Shown piece by piece: positions 40,567 to 49,414 of a stretch of DNA of 64,000 nucleotides (its first letter is position 1; every line of letters starts with the position of its first letter). The position numbers and the translations under genes were made by a program. Source of the stretch: an uncultured Rhizobium sp. (GTDB lineage Bacteria > Bacteroidota > Bacteroidia > NS11-12g > UBA955); NCBI GenBank assembly GCA_964527775.1, contig CAZGQS010000002.1, positions 16,883 to 80,882 of the forward strand, written 5' to 3'. The notes under the pieces were generated by a model. It saw only the letters and a list, made by a program, of their open reading frames with translations. It had not been told where the DNA came from and did no database searches.

Positions 40567-41994
40567 GTGCTGTTCAACTCTCTTGAGTTTTGGATTTTTC
40601 TACCAGTAGTTTGGCTGCTGTATTTCGCCCTGCCTCAGCGAATTCGTTGGGTCTGGATGTTGTTGGCCAGCTATTTTTTCTACGGATTTTGGAAGATTGA
40701 ATTTGCTGGACTGATGTTGGTAACCAGTTTAATGGATTGGTTTTCAGCGAGGCAGTTGTATAGAAGTTCGGTCAAATCGGTTCGCTTGTTTTGGATGTGG
40801 TTTGCCATAGGTACCGATTTATTTCTGCTTTTCATGTTCAAGTATTTCAATTTTGCTTTGGGGAAATCTTGGATTGCCGATGCGTTGTATCACCACAATG
40901 AAACCGCTTGGATCATTGAATTGGGCAAGTATACCATTCCAGCAGGAATTTCGTTTTATACGTTTCAGAGTATCAGTTATGTTGTAGATGTTTACCGTGG
41001 TGAAGAGGTTCCAGAGAATAAACCGGTAAAATTCATGCTCTTTGTGTCGTTCTTTCCGCAGTTGGTGGCAGGTCCCATTGAGCGTTTCGGTAAATTACAT
41101 AGGCAGTTGTTTGCGAAATACTCTCCCAAATTGGAAGACCTGAAAAACGGCGGAAGACTGTTGTTGTATGGCTTGTTTTTGAAGGTAGCCGTTGCAGATA
41201 ACGTAGCCGGTGTAGTAGATCAGTTTTACAGCAATCATTTGCAGTACACAGGGGCTTCCACGTGGTTGGCTGCGTTCATGTTTACCTTTCAGGTTTATTA
41301 TGATTTCTTTGGATATTCCTTGATGGCTCAAGGTGCAGCGCTTCTTTTTGGTATAGACCTCATGGATAACTTCAACAAGCCCTTTTTGGCAGGAAGCGTT
41401 CCCGAATTTTGGCATCGCTGGCACATCAGTTTAAGTACATGGTTTAGAGATTATATCTTTATTCCCGTTGGCGGAAACAGGAGTGGGAAATGGATCTTAT
41501 CGTTTTCGGTTTTGTTGGTGTTTTTTACCAGCGGACTATGGCACGGGGCAAATTCAACCATGATTTATTTTGGTTTAAGCCAAGGCCTCTTGTATTTATT
41601 TGATCGGTTTATTGTGGGAAGACGTGGTTCAGAACATCCCGTTGGATTGTTTCTAAGACGGCTGAAAACGGGGTTCTTTTTTATGATGACACTGGTCTTT
41701 TTCAGGTCACAAACCTTAGATCAGAGCTTTGATGTTTATCGAATTTTATTTCAAGGAGTTCAAATCAGCAACGAAAATGCGGCGGAGTTATTGAAGTTAT
41801 CAGCAGAGAGCCAGGTCTGGTTGTTTTTGATTGTAGGATTTGTATTTGATCATTTCATCATGAAGGTTAGAGCCGATAAATGGTTCGGCAACCAAAATCT
41901 TGTGTTAAGATGGTTAGTTTATTTATTTATGCTTACAGCTGTTTTGTTATTTGGCGGAGCAGTAAATCATCCATTTGTTTATTTCCAGTTCTAA
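40567..41994 (+). CDS. MBOAT O-acyltransferase (AlgI/DltB-like)
   Basis: GISFYTFQ, FFPQLVAGPIER, FWHRWHISLSTWFRDY and SGLWHGA. Confidence 0.92.
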   Translation: MLFNSLEFWIFLPVVWLLYFALPQRIRWVWMLLASYFFYGFWKIEFAGLMLVTSLMDWFSARQLYRSSVKSVRLFWMWFAIGTDLFLLFMFKYFNFALGKSWIADALYHHNETAWIIELGKYTIPAGISFYTFQSISYVVDVYRGEEVPENKPVKFMLFVSFFPQLVAGPIERFGKLHRQLFAKYSPKLEDLKNGGRLLLYGLFLKVAVADNVAGVVDQFYSNHLQYTGASTWLAAFMFTFQVYYDFFGYSLMAQGAALLFGIDLMDNFNKPFLAGSVPEFWHRWHISLSTWFRDYIFIPVGGNRSGKWILSFSVLLVFFTSGLWHGANSTMIYFGLSQGLLYLFDRFIVGRRGSEHPVGLFLRRLKTGFFFMMTLVFFRSQTLDQSFDVYRILFQGVQISNENAAELLKLSAESQVWLFLIVGFVFDHFIMKVRADKWFGNQNLVLRWLVYLFMLTAVLLFGGAVNHPFVYFQF

Positions 41995-41995
41995 G

Positions 41996-43171
41996 ATGAT
42001 GGCAAAGAAAATAGCGGTTTGGTTTTTTACGCGGTTGTTGGTTGTGGTGGCCTTTTTATTAGTTCTTAACGAGGTTTATAAATCCACTTTGTACCCTCAA
42101 GATGTTCAGAAATTTAGCAGGGTAAAAAATCGGATCGATTCAGCTTTTGCGATGGGGGATATCATTTATTTAGGAGAAAGCAGCAATACCAGTTTCAATC
42201 CTTGGACCGATACCCTGAATCAAAGCATTGGTGATTTTTTGCAACTGTATATTCAGGATGGGCGCAGAGTAGAGCAAATTACCCATGAGGGTTACCATCC
42301 AGGGTTGTTCTTGAAAATGTTGAATTTACTACCTGAGGATGTTCAATCGGGTAAAACAGTCATATTGGGCGTGAATATGCGCACCTGTGGTCCCACGGCC
42401 ATGTTTTCAGGAAATGAGGCTAGCAATCAACGCGAAGCGTTGTTTTACAGCAAAAGACCTCCTTTGGTAACTCGGATTTTTATGGGACTTCATTTCTACG
42501 ACAATAGAAATGAGTTGGAACGTGAGAGTTTGAAGGTACAATGGTGGCGAACTCAAAAATTACCGGTACCAGAAGAAACGGTTATGCTTTGGAATGAACG
42601 TATTGCCCAAAATTATCACAGTGAACTGTCCCCCGAAATAAAAGCCATGGCGGGCGCCTACATCAAGGAATTTGGTTTTATTTTGGATGATGAAAATCAG
42701 CGGGTGAATGACTTAAAGGAAATTGTAAACGTTTGTAAAGCCAAGGGTATCCATCTTGTTTTTCATGTACTTCCACCGAATAGATATCATGCAAAACGAC
42801 TATTTGGAGAGAAATTGGTCAATATTATGGATGCCAATCATGATTTTTTCATGGAAAGATTCAAGCAATGGGGAGTAGAAACCGTTGACAATTATTTCCT
42901 CAAAGAGGCCAATGAAATTAATGCAGCGAACAAGGGCTCATATTATACAGATCAATGGTACCCTACAGAACATTTCAATGCGCAGATTCGACGGGCAATA
43001 GCTGAGACTATTGCTGCTAGCATTCAAAAAAAATCGCCTGAATCTCAAGAATTTCAGGCGATTAAAGGAGGAGTTTCTCTAAAGTTGAAACAAAATAACT
43101 ATCCCAATTGGAGCATTGTTATGCCTTTGAGTGATTCGTTGATTAGAACTGATATCCTAAACTCAAAGTAA
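41996..43171 (+). CDS. Membrane-anchored SGNH-like MBOAT partner (AlgJ/DltD-like)
   Basis: N-terminal TM helix, IIYLGESS block I-like motif, late D...H motif; directly follows the MBOAT gene. Confidence 0.55.
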   Translation: MMAKKIAVWFFTRLLVVVAFLLVLNEVYKSTLYPQDVQKFSRVKNRIDSAFAMGDIIYLGESSNTSFNPWTDTLNQSIGDFLQLYIQDGRRVEQITHEGYHPGLFLKMLNLLPEDVQSGKTVILGVNMRTCGPTAMFSGNEASNQREALFYSKRPPLVTRIFMGLHFYDNRNELERESLKVQWWRTQKLPVPEETVMLWNERIAQNYHSELSPEIKAMAGAYIKEFGFILDDENQRVNDLKEIVNVCKAKGIHLVFHVLPPNRYHAKRLFGEKLVNIMDANHDFFMERFKQWGVETVDNYFLKEANEINAANKGSYYTDQWYPTEHFNAQIRRAIAETIAASIQKKSPESQEFQAIKGGVSLKLKQNNYPNWSIVMPLSDSLIRTDILNSK

Positions 43172-45461
43172 CGTTCCTAATAGCAGTTGGGAAGACAAAA
43201 ACTTCTTGAATGACGTCTCTACTGCCGTATAGGTATCCCCAAGTGTAGCCGTTATTAGCAAAGTAGTTGTTCAGGGCATTCGAAACTTGAAGCTTGAATT
43301 GCAGTTGATTATTATTTTTTAAAGTTTGATTGTAATTGACGAAAACTTCTGTGAAATTGTAAGCGTCAAGGCTTCGGGTGATATCGCCGGTATTGTCTAA
43401 AAACTGTCTGCTTACAAATTTTTCTAATATTTGAATGTCTAGGTTCTTGTAAGAGTATTTGATTCCTGCCGCAGCAACTCTATTGGGTGAATAAGCAATG
43501 GGAGTGTTGTTGAACTGAGAATCTACTTGTTCGTAGGTGGCGTAATCGAGCCATGATGCGGTGAATTGCCTAATTTGATTTTGGCTCAAGGCTAAGTTTC
43601 CTGAAAAGCTCAATCGATGCTGTCCTTTTGTCCATAAATTTTGTTGGAGCGTCAACTCAATTCCTGTTCTGTAGCTCCTTGCTACGTTTTTTCTAAGCGA
43701 AGTTCCTACGTCATTTACAGCCCCTGTTAGCACCAACTGATTGAAGTAATCCATGTAGTAAAGATTGGTGGCCAATTGCGTATTTTTCAAAAATAGAGTG
43801 TGCTGAATTTCATAGTCTATAAGTCGTTCAGGTTTAGGGATTTCTTGGAATTTATTATCTGTAAAGTCACTTCTTGAGGGTTCTCTATTTGATACAGCCA
43901 CCGACGCCGTGAATGTTTGATTTAAAGATTGATAATTTATTCCTGCTTTAGGATTGAAGAAGTGGAAGGTTTGGTTGAAATCAATATTTTGGAGATCATT
44001 GTCGGTTCCTTTTCCAAGGTGATGAACAAATCGGTATTGGAGGTCAGCAAAGGCATTCCATTTGTTGGTTCTATTGAATGATAAAGGAGTCAGAACCTTT
44101 ATGAAAGTACTGACATCGGTTTTATTTCCTGAAGATCTGTAATATTCCTTGGGAAGGGTTTGAACGCCAAGGGCTTCTACACTTACAACATCACCAAAAT
44201 GCTGTCCGAAATATTGGCATCCGCCTAAACCAAAATGGAGACTGGTTTTATTCCATTGAGTGAAAAGATTCAAGTTACTGCCAATTAGGTGATTTTGAAG
44301 CCAACGTTGACGAACTAAGGGTGCTGAGTTTGTTGTATCGGTGCCATCTATGATATTGGGTATGTCATAATAGGATAGTTCGTCTGAGAGTCTGTATTGC
44401 TCAAAATAGCCTGCTCCATACGTGTAATAGGTGGTGGCCGTAAACCGAGTCTGATTATTGATCTTTTTATCTGCGTACAAATGAATATGATGCTGCTGGT
44501 AATTGTCTGTTTCTCCTGGGTAGGTGTAATAGTTATATCTGTTCGATGCCGAAGAAAATAGATTTATTGAATCTTGAGCATTTCTATAGGTGTAGGGGAT
44601 GTTTCTGTAATAGTGGTCAATGAGTGGTTGCTCGGTGGTTTCCGTATTCTTAGGGTTTCCCAATTGGAATTTTTCTATGGGGATGCCCCACCATGCTTGA
44701 TAAGTTCTTTCCTTTCCTCCGAATGCGAGTAACTTGTAGTTCCAGTTTTTGCTGTTTTTTGCATCTAATTGCGCAGAGAACAAGTATCCCCACATTTCGG
44801 TGCTGGCTCGATCTATGAATCCGTCAGATGCAATATTCGAAAATCTAGCACTCAGCTTTAGGATTCTGTTTTCATTAATTTTCATGGAAGAAGAATTCCA
44901 TTTGGAGGTTATTTTTCGGGTGTTGAAACTGCCGTAACTGAGGTTTAATTGGCTGCTTTGTTTTTCGGGGGACTCTGTTTGAATGAAAACCGCACCGCCA
45001 AAGGCACCGGGTCCGAATACGCTAGAGCCCACTCCTCGTTGGATGGAGATATTCTGAGCGGAACTAACGAGATCGGGCATGTTTACCCAAAAAGTACCTT
45101 GGCTTTCGGCATCGTTTATGGGTACTCCGTTGATGTTGACTTGGGTACGGGTTGCATCGCTGCCTCGCACTCGAATACCCGTGTATCCAATACCGTTTCC
45201 GGCATCGGAGGTAGAAATTACCCCAGTTTGATGTTGTAGAATCATGGGAATGTCTTGTCCCAAGTTTTTGCTTTGTAGTTCTTTGGAGTAAACTACTTGG
45301 GTAGTACCCAAAGAAATGTTGGAAATTTGAGCAGAGGCTCGCACAAGAACAGCTTCAATGCTATTTTCATTGGCGATCGTGTCTGCTGATTGTGCGTTTG
45401 AGTAGTTAGGGAGAGTGAATATCCCCAGAAAAAACCCGAATAAGTAAGTTGCTTTTTTCAT
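43143..45461 (-). CDS. TonB-dependent receptor, probable thiamine importer
   Basis: SDAGNGIGYTGIRVRGSD, INGVPINDAES and QRGVGSS motifs; C-terminal Phe; upstream TPP riboswitch. Confidence 0.85.
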   Translation of the reverse strand: MKKATYLFGFFLGIFTLPNYSNAQSADTIANENSIEAVLVRASAQISNISLGTTQVVYSKELQSKNLGQDIPMILQHQTGVISTSDAGNGIGYTGIRVRGSDATRTQVNINGVPINDAESQGTFWVNMPDLVSSAQNISIQRGVGSSVFGPGAFGGAVFIQTESPEKQSSQLNLSYGSFNTRKITSKWNSSSMKINENRILKLSARFSNIASDGFIDRASTEMWGYLFSAQLDAKNSKNWNYKLLAFGGKERTYQAWWGIPIEKFQLGNPKNTETTEQPLIDHYYRNIPYTYRNAQDSINLFSSASNRYNYYTYPGETDNYQQHHIHLYADKKINNQTRFTATTYYTYGAGYFEQYRLSDELSYYDIPNIIDGTDTTNSAPLVRQRWLQNHLIGSNLNLFTQWNKTSLHFGLGGCQYFGQHFGDVVSVEALGVQTLPKEYYRSSGNKTDVSTFIKVLTPLSFNRTNKWNAFADLQYRFVHHLGKGTDNDLQNIDFNQTFHFFNPKAGINYQSLNQTFTASVAVSNREPSRSDFTDNKFQEIPKPERLIDYEIQHTLFLKNTQLATNLYYMDYFNQLVLTGAVNDVGTSLRKNVARSYRTGIELTLQQNLWTKGQHRLSFSGNLALSQNQIRQFTASWLDYATYEQVDSQFNNTPIAYSPNRVAAAGIKYSYKNLDIQILEKFVSRQFLDNTGDITRSLDAYNFTEVFVNYNQTLKNNNQLQFKLQVSNALNNYFANNGYTWGYLYGSRDVIQEVFVFPTAIRNVTLSLGYQF

Positions 45462-45504
45462 ATCTCGATGGTTTACGCACTCGAGATGTTCTCAGGAATT
45501 CCTG

Positions 45505-45582
45505 GTCATTTCCCTCCGCAGGCATTATCCTGAGCAGGTTAGCGGGTATAATCTCAGCGCTCCTTAGAGGCACCCCGAATGC
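45505..45582 (-). promoter_or_regulatory. TPP riboswitch
   Basis: GGGGTGC...GCTGAGATTATACCC...ACCTGCTCAGGATAATGCCTGCGGAGGGAA matches the THI-box consensus. Confidence 0.92.
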
Positions 45583-45633
45583 GGTGCGAATATACAATCT
45601 TTTTAATTAGCCCTACCTTTGTGGAAGATTTTT

Positions 45634-46662
45634 ATGTGGCAAGCCAATCGACATACCGAAATTCAAAAAATTGAAGTAACCTTTAGAGGTAAGAAGTATG
45701 CCTTTAGAATTCAGCGCGATGATTTGATTGATCCATATGTTTCAGGAAACAAACTTCGTAAACTTTTGGGTTGGGAACATCTCATGGCTTGGCAAACTGC
45801 TGATTCCATAATCACCTTTGGAGGCGCTTATAGCAATCATTTGGTGGCAACCGCTGCTTTTTTTAAAGATCGAACAAAACCTGTGATTGGAATTGTTAGA
45901 GGGAACGAAGGATTTGACAATCATTATCTTCAGAAATGCCGAGAGTTTGGGATGCGCTTGTATTTTATTTCGAGGGAAGATTACCGTCGGAAATATGCAT
46001 GGATTCAAGAACAATTGTCTGATATTTCAAAATTCCCCTTTATCATTCCTGAAGGTGGTAGGGGATTTAGGGGAACCAATGGTTTTCACTCGGTTGTAGA
46101 TTCATGGAGAGATTTTGAGCCTGAAACCGTGGTTCATGCCTCGGCCACAGGAACCACCTTGGCGGGATTTGCTTATTTCCGGAAATATAAAAATCTCAAC
46201 TTCAATATTGAGGCTGTTTTGGTTTTGAAAAATCTCGAAGAGCAAATTTCAAATGTTGTTGATATCATTAATAATAATGACGAAGGTGGGGGCAGAAGCA
46301 TTGAAGGTTTGGTAGAATATGAGCGCAAGAATTTAGAACGAATGCAGGATCGTTTTTATGAATTTGAACAAGAAAATAGGAAGGTGTTTGTGGATCAAGA
46401 ATGGAAGCGTTGGTTTAGTAAATTCACTTATTTGAATGATCAATTTATTTTCGGGGGATATGCAAAGACTACACCTGAACTCCTAGAACTTATTCATTCT
46501 GCCCGAAAAGAAACCGGGATCATCTTTGATCAAGTATACACGGGTAAGGCGCTTTATGCCATGCTATTAGCCTTTGAAGAAGGCCGGATAAATCCTGAAA
46601 CTACGCTTTTTTATCACACCGGCGGACAAATGGGCGTTGAGACTTTGAACCCAAGTAATTAG
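45634..46662 (+). CDS. ACC deaminase/D-cysteine desulfhydrase family PLP enzyme
   Basis: QRDDLI, SGNKLRKL, TFGGAYSNH, IPEGG, FGGYAK, DQVYTGKA and HTGG. Confidence 0.88.
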   Translation: MWQANRHTEIQKIEVTFRGKKYAFRIQRDDLIDPYVSGNKLRKLLGWEHLMAWQTADSIITFGGAYSNHLVATAAFFKDRTKPVIGIVRGNEGFDNHYLQKCREFGMRLYFISREDYRRKYAWIQEQLSDISKFPFIIPEGGRGFRGTNGFHSVVDSWRDFEPETVVHASATGTTLAGFAYFRKYKNLNFNIEAVLVLKNLEEQISNVVDIINNNDEGGGRSIEGLVEYERKNLERMQDRFYEFEQENRKVFVDQEWKRWFSKFTYLNDQFIFGGYAKTTPELLELIHSARKETGIIFDQVYTGKALYAMLLAFEEGRINPETTLFYHTGGQMGVETLNPSN

Positions 46663-47162
46663 GGTTTCATCATCGCATCTACGTTGCCTGTGAGAATCAG
46701 GTGGTAACCATTGGGATTTTTATCAAAATACACATCAATGTGTTTTCTGAATCTTCCAAAGGTATTGGAAGTTTTATAATCGGCGGTAACCCAGCCCGTA
46801 TCTTTAGGTTGAACAGGGGTTTTAGTGAACTCTGTAGCAGTGCAACTACATCCGGGGTGTAATGCCGTTATGGTAACGGGTTTGTTGCTTGTATTGATGA
46901 AATAGAACTTTGTTCTTGCAGGTGGTCCTGAAGGTACATCTTTGAAATCGTGGATCATCTCATTCCAAATGAGGGAATCTGGGATTGGAGATTTAGCAAC
47001 AGGAGTTTGATTGTTGCTGTTATTTTGGATTATGGTGGTGTTGGTAGTGGTTGTAATGGTAGTATTGCTCGTTGAGGTGTTTACCTCCTTGTTCGAATAA
47101 GAAAGGTGGGTATTGCAAGCAAAGATTGACAAAGTAATTATGGCGATTATTGCAGTTCTCAT
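46659..47162 (-). CDS. DUF1573-domain lipoprotein
   Basis: FAC lipobox, Thr/Asn-rich tether, HDF...F.NTS..PV.I...PGCSCT motif. Confidence 0.8.
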   Translation of the reverse strand: MRTAIIAIITLSIFACNTHLSYSNKEVNTSTSNTTITTTTNTTIIQNNSNNQTPVAKSPIPDSLIWNEMIHDFKDVPSGPPARTKFYFINTSNKPVTITALHPGCSCTATEFTKTPVQPKDTGWVTADYKTSNTFGRFRKHIDVYFDKNPNGYHLILTGNVDAMMKP

Positions 47163-47623
47163 TATTGGTTAACCTTTCTGATTTGCGTGGGTTGATAAAT
47201 GATTGGTTTTTCTCCTTGCTTGTATTTTGGACGAATCACAGTGATATCTCCTTCTAATTGGAGTTCAAATGAACCTTCGGTGTAATCTACAAAAGCTCTT
47301 TTAAAGAAAGGGCCAGGAGGAACATTTTTTGATTGCAAGAACAAAACAATGCTGTCGGTGGCGCCGGCTTCTATGCCTTTTTCAGGGAAGGCGAATTGAG
47401 TGCACACACAATCGGGTGCTACTTGTGCGATATACTGTGTTTCTGTTGAGTTATTGCGGACGTGAAATACGGCCTCAAAAATATCTCCTGAGTTTAATTT
47501 AGCTGATAATTTATTGCTGCCAATAACCTGAAGTGGACCTTCAGGGGTTGAAGTTAATTGAGCATAGGAAATGCTGAATTTAAGGGATAGGAAAATTAGG
47601 AGGATTAGTTTGGTTGTTTTCAT
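47162..47623 (-). CDS. DUF1573-like secreted protein
   Basis: Signal peptide; FHVRN...VAPDCVCT...GIEAG. Confidence 0.7.
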   Translation of the reverse strand: MKTTKLILLIFLSLKFSISYAQLTSTPEGPLQVIGSNKLSAKLNSGDIFEAVFHVRNNSTETQYIAQVAPDCVCTQFAFPEKGIEAGATDSIVLFLQSKNVPPGPFFKRAFVDYTEGSFELQLEGDITVIRPKYKQGEKPIIYQPTQIRKVNQ

Positions 47624-47625
47624 AT

Positions 47626-48378
47626 TTATTTGATACCAAACTGAAGTTTTACGGTAATACTTGCTTTCTTATTGATGTCAGTGGTATTGTACACACCTCC
47701 CCATGAGAATTCTTCCGATGAGTTTTTACCTGTAATTTGGAATACACCCATACTTGCCTGTCTGAGCGCACCTAGACTGCTGTTGCTTTTCTCAGCGATG
47801 TTTTTAGCTCTGTTGGTGGCATTCGCCGTAGCATCTGCGATCAAAGCAATCTTTAAATCTTCCAACTTTGAGTAGAAATACGATGGAGTGGAAGAATTGA
47901 TTTCAATTTCTTCGTTGATCAACTCAGTAATTTCTCTCGATGTTTGTTCTACCAATTCAATATTTGATGTTTCAATGTCAATGGATTGACTGAGATTATA
48001 TCCATCAAACACTTGGGTATAACTATAATTGCCATACTTGTTCTCTTCGCGTTTTTCCAAATATGATTTATCCGCTTCAATGGATGAAAAGATGAGCTCT
48101 TCAGGTTTAAATCCTTTAGAAATTAAATATTCCTTTACTCGCTGAGCATCCTTTTTTAGTTGAGTAAATCCTTCAGTTCTTGACATTGCTTTTCTTCTAA
48201 ATGAAACGCTCCAATTCGCGAGATCTGAACGAAATTCTTTTTCAGCTAGTCCTGTGGTTGCTATGGTTTCTTGGGATGTAAATTTGTATTTATATCCTTC
48301 GGAAAGAATAGCCGATGAGATAATAACAGCAAGGGATATCAATCCTACGGCAACGATGTTAAGAGTTCTTTGATTCAT
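47626..48378 (-). CDS. SIMPL (DUF541) domain protein
   Basis: TTGLAEKEFRSDLANW, ATANATNRA..IA, LRQASMGVFQI and K.ASITV motifs. Confidence 0.85.
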   Translation of the reverse strand: MNQRTLNIVAVGLISLAVIISSAILSEGYKYKFTSQETIATTGLAEKEFRSDLANWSVSFRRKAMSRTEGFTQLKKDAQRVKEYLISKGFKPEELIFSSIEADKSYLEKREENKYGNYSYTQVFDGYNLSQSIDIETSNIELVEQTSREITELINEEIEINSSTPSYFYSKLEDLKIALIADATANATNRAKNIAEKSNSSLGALRQASMGVFQITGKNSSEEFSWGGVYNTTDINKKASITVKLQFGIK

Positions 48379-48417
48379 AGTGAGTTTAACGAGTAAAAAT
48401 AGGAATTATTTTAACAG

Positions 48418-48446
48418 AAAAAGGCTGCTTTGAAGGCAGCCTTTTT
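48418..48446. terminator. Intrinsic terminator
   Basis: AAAAAGGCTGCTT-TGA-AGGCAGCCTTTTT. Confidence 0.8.
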
Positions 48447-48450
48447 AAAT

Positions 48451-48882
48451 TTACTTAATGATGATTGGAGAAACGGGTTTTTCTGGTTCTTTAATCACAT
48501 TTCCAGAAATAGTCAAAGTAGATTGACCAGCATTGCTGGTTACAAAAATGTTTTTGCTGAACGTTCCGGGTCTTCCACTGGAATTGTATTCTGCTCTAAC
48601 TACAGAAGATTGTCCAGGTTGAATCAATTCACGTGGCCACTTTGGTGTTGTACATCCACAACTCGCACGCACGTTAGTGAGTTCTAGAGGTTCAGTACCA
48701 GTGTTTGTGAATTTAAATTCGTATGTGGCAATTTGTCCTTCGATGATGTTCCCAAAGCTGTGGCTAGAGGTTTCAAATACTAGATTTGCATTGCTGGTTT
48801 TTTCAGCTGGGGCTGTCTCCGTTTGTGCAAAAGCACCAACGGCAAAAAACAGGCTTGACAATGATAAAAGGAACTTTTTCAT
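48451..48882 (-). CDS. DUF1573-domain protein
   Basis: HSFGNI...FKFTNTGTEPL...ASCGCTTP..IQPG. Confidence 0.9.
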   Translation of the reverse strand: MKKFLLSLSSLFFAVGAFAQTETAPAEKTSNANLVFETSSHSFGNIIEGQIATYEFKFTNTGTEPLELTNVRASCGCTTPKWPRELIQPGQSSVVRAEYNSSGRPGTFSKNIFVTSNAGQSTLTISGNVIKEPEKPVSPIIIK

Positions 48883-48888
48883 GGTTAC

Positions 48889-49308
48889 TTATTTAATGTC
48901 GCTTTTCTTGGTCTCAGGTTCAGTAGTTACTGTGCCGCTGATGGTTAAGTCGGTCATATTTCCATTGTCAAATTCTACTTTTACAGATTTTTGGAAATAA
49001 CCAGGGCGTCCATCAGTTCCATAGCTAGCCTTTACTTCTCCAGATTCACCTGGCATGATGGGAGTTTTGGTCCATGAAGGAGTAGTACATCCACAAGATG
49101 CTTGAGCATTTTTAATGACAACAGGTGCGTTAGAAGTGTTGGTGAATTTGAAAACGATATCAGCTGGTGGACCCATTTTAATGTTACCAAAATCGTGTGA
49201 TTTGTGTTCCCATTTGATTGCAGGTTCAGGTTGAACAGCTGTTTTTTGAGCGAAAGCTGAGGTCACCACGGTGAGAGCTACAGCCAAGAATGATAATGCC
49301 TTTTTCAT
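48889..49308 (-). CDS. DUF1573-domain protein
   Basis: HDFGNI...FKFTNTSNAPV...ASCGCTTP..IMPG; signal peptide from ATG 49308. Confidence 0.9.
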   Translation of the reverse strand: MKKALSFLAVALTVVTSAFAQKTAVQPEPAIKWEHKSHDFGNIKMGPPADIVFKFTNTSNAPVVIKNAQASCGCTTPSWTKTPIMPGESGEVKASYGTDGRPGYFQKSVKVEFDNGNMTDLTISGTVTTEPETKKSDIK

Positions 49309-49414
49309 ATTCTTTTGTTTTTTATTTTCGTTGTGCAAGTTTTATACCAAAGTAGACGATTTCAATGGGATTTTCGTTGCAGTGTCGTTAAAAATTATTT
49401 TTTTTCAGACGAAA

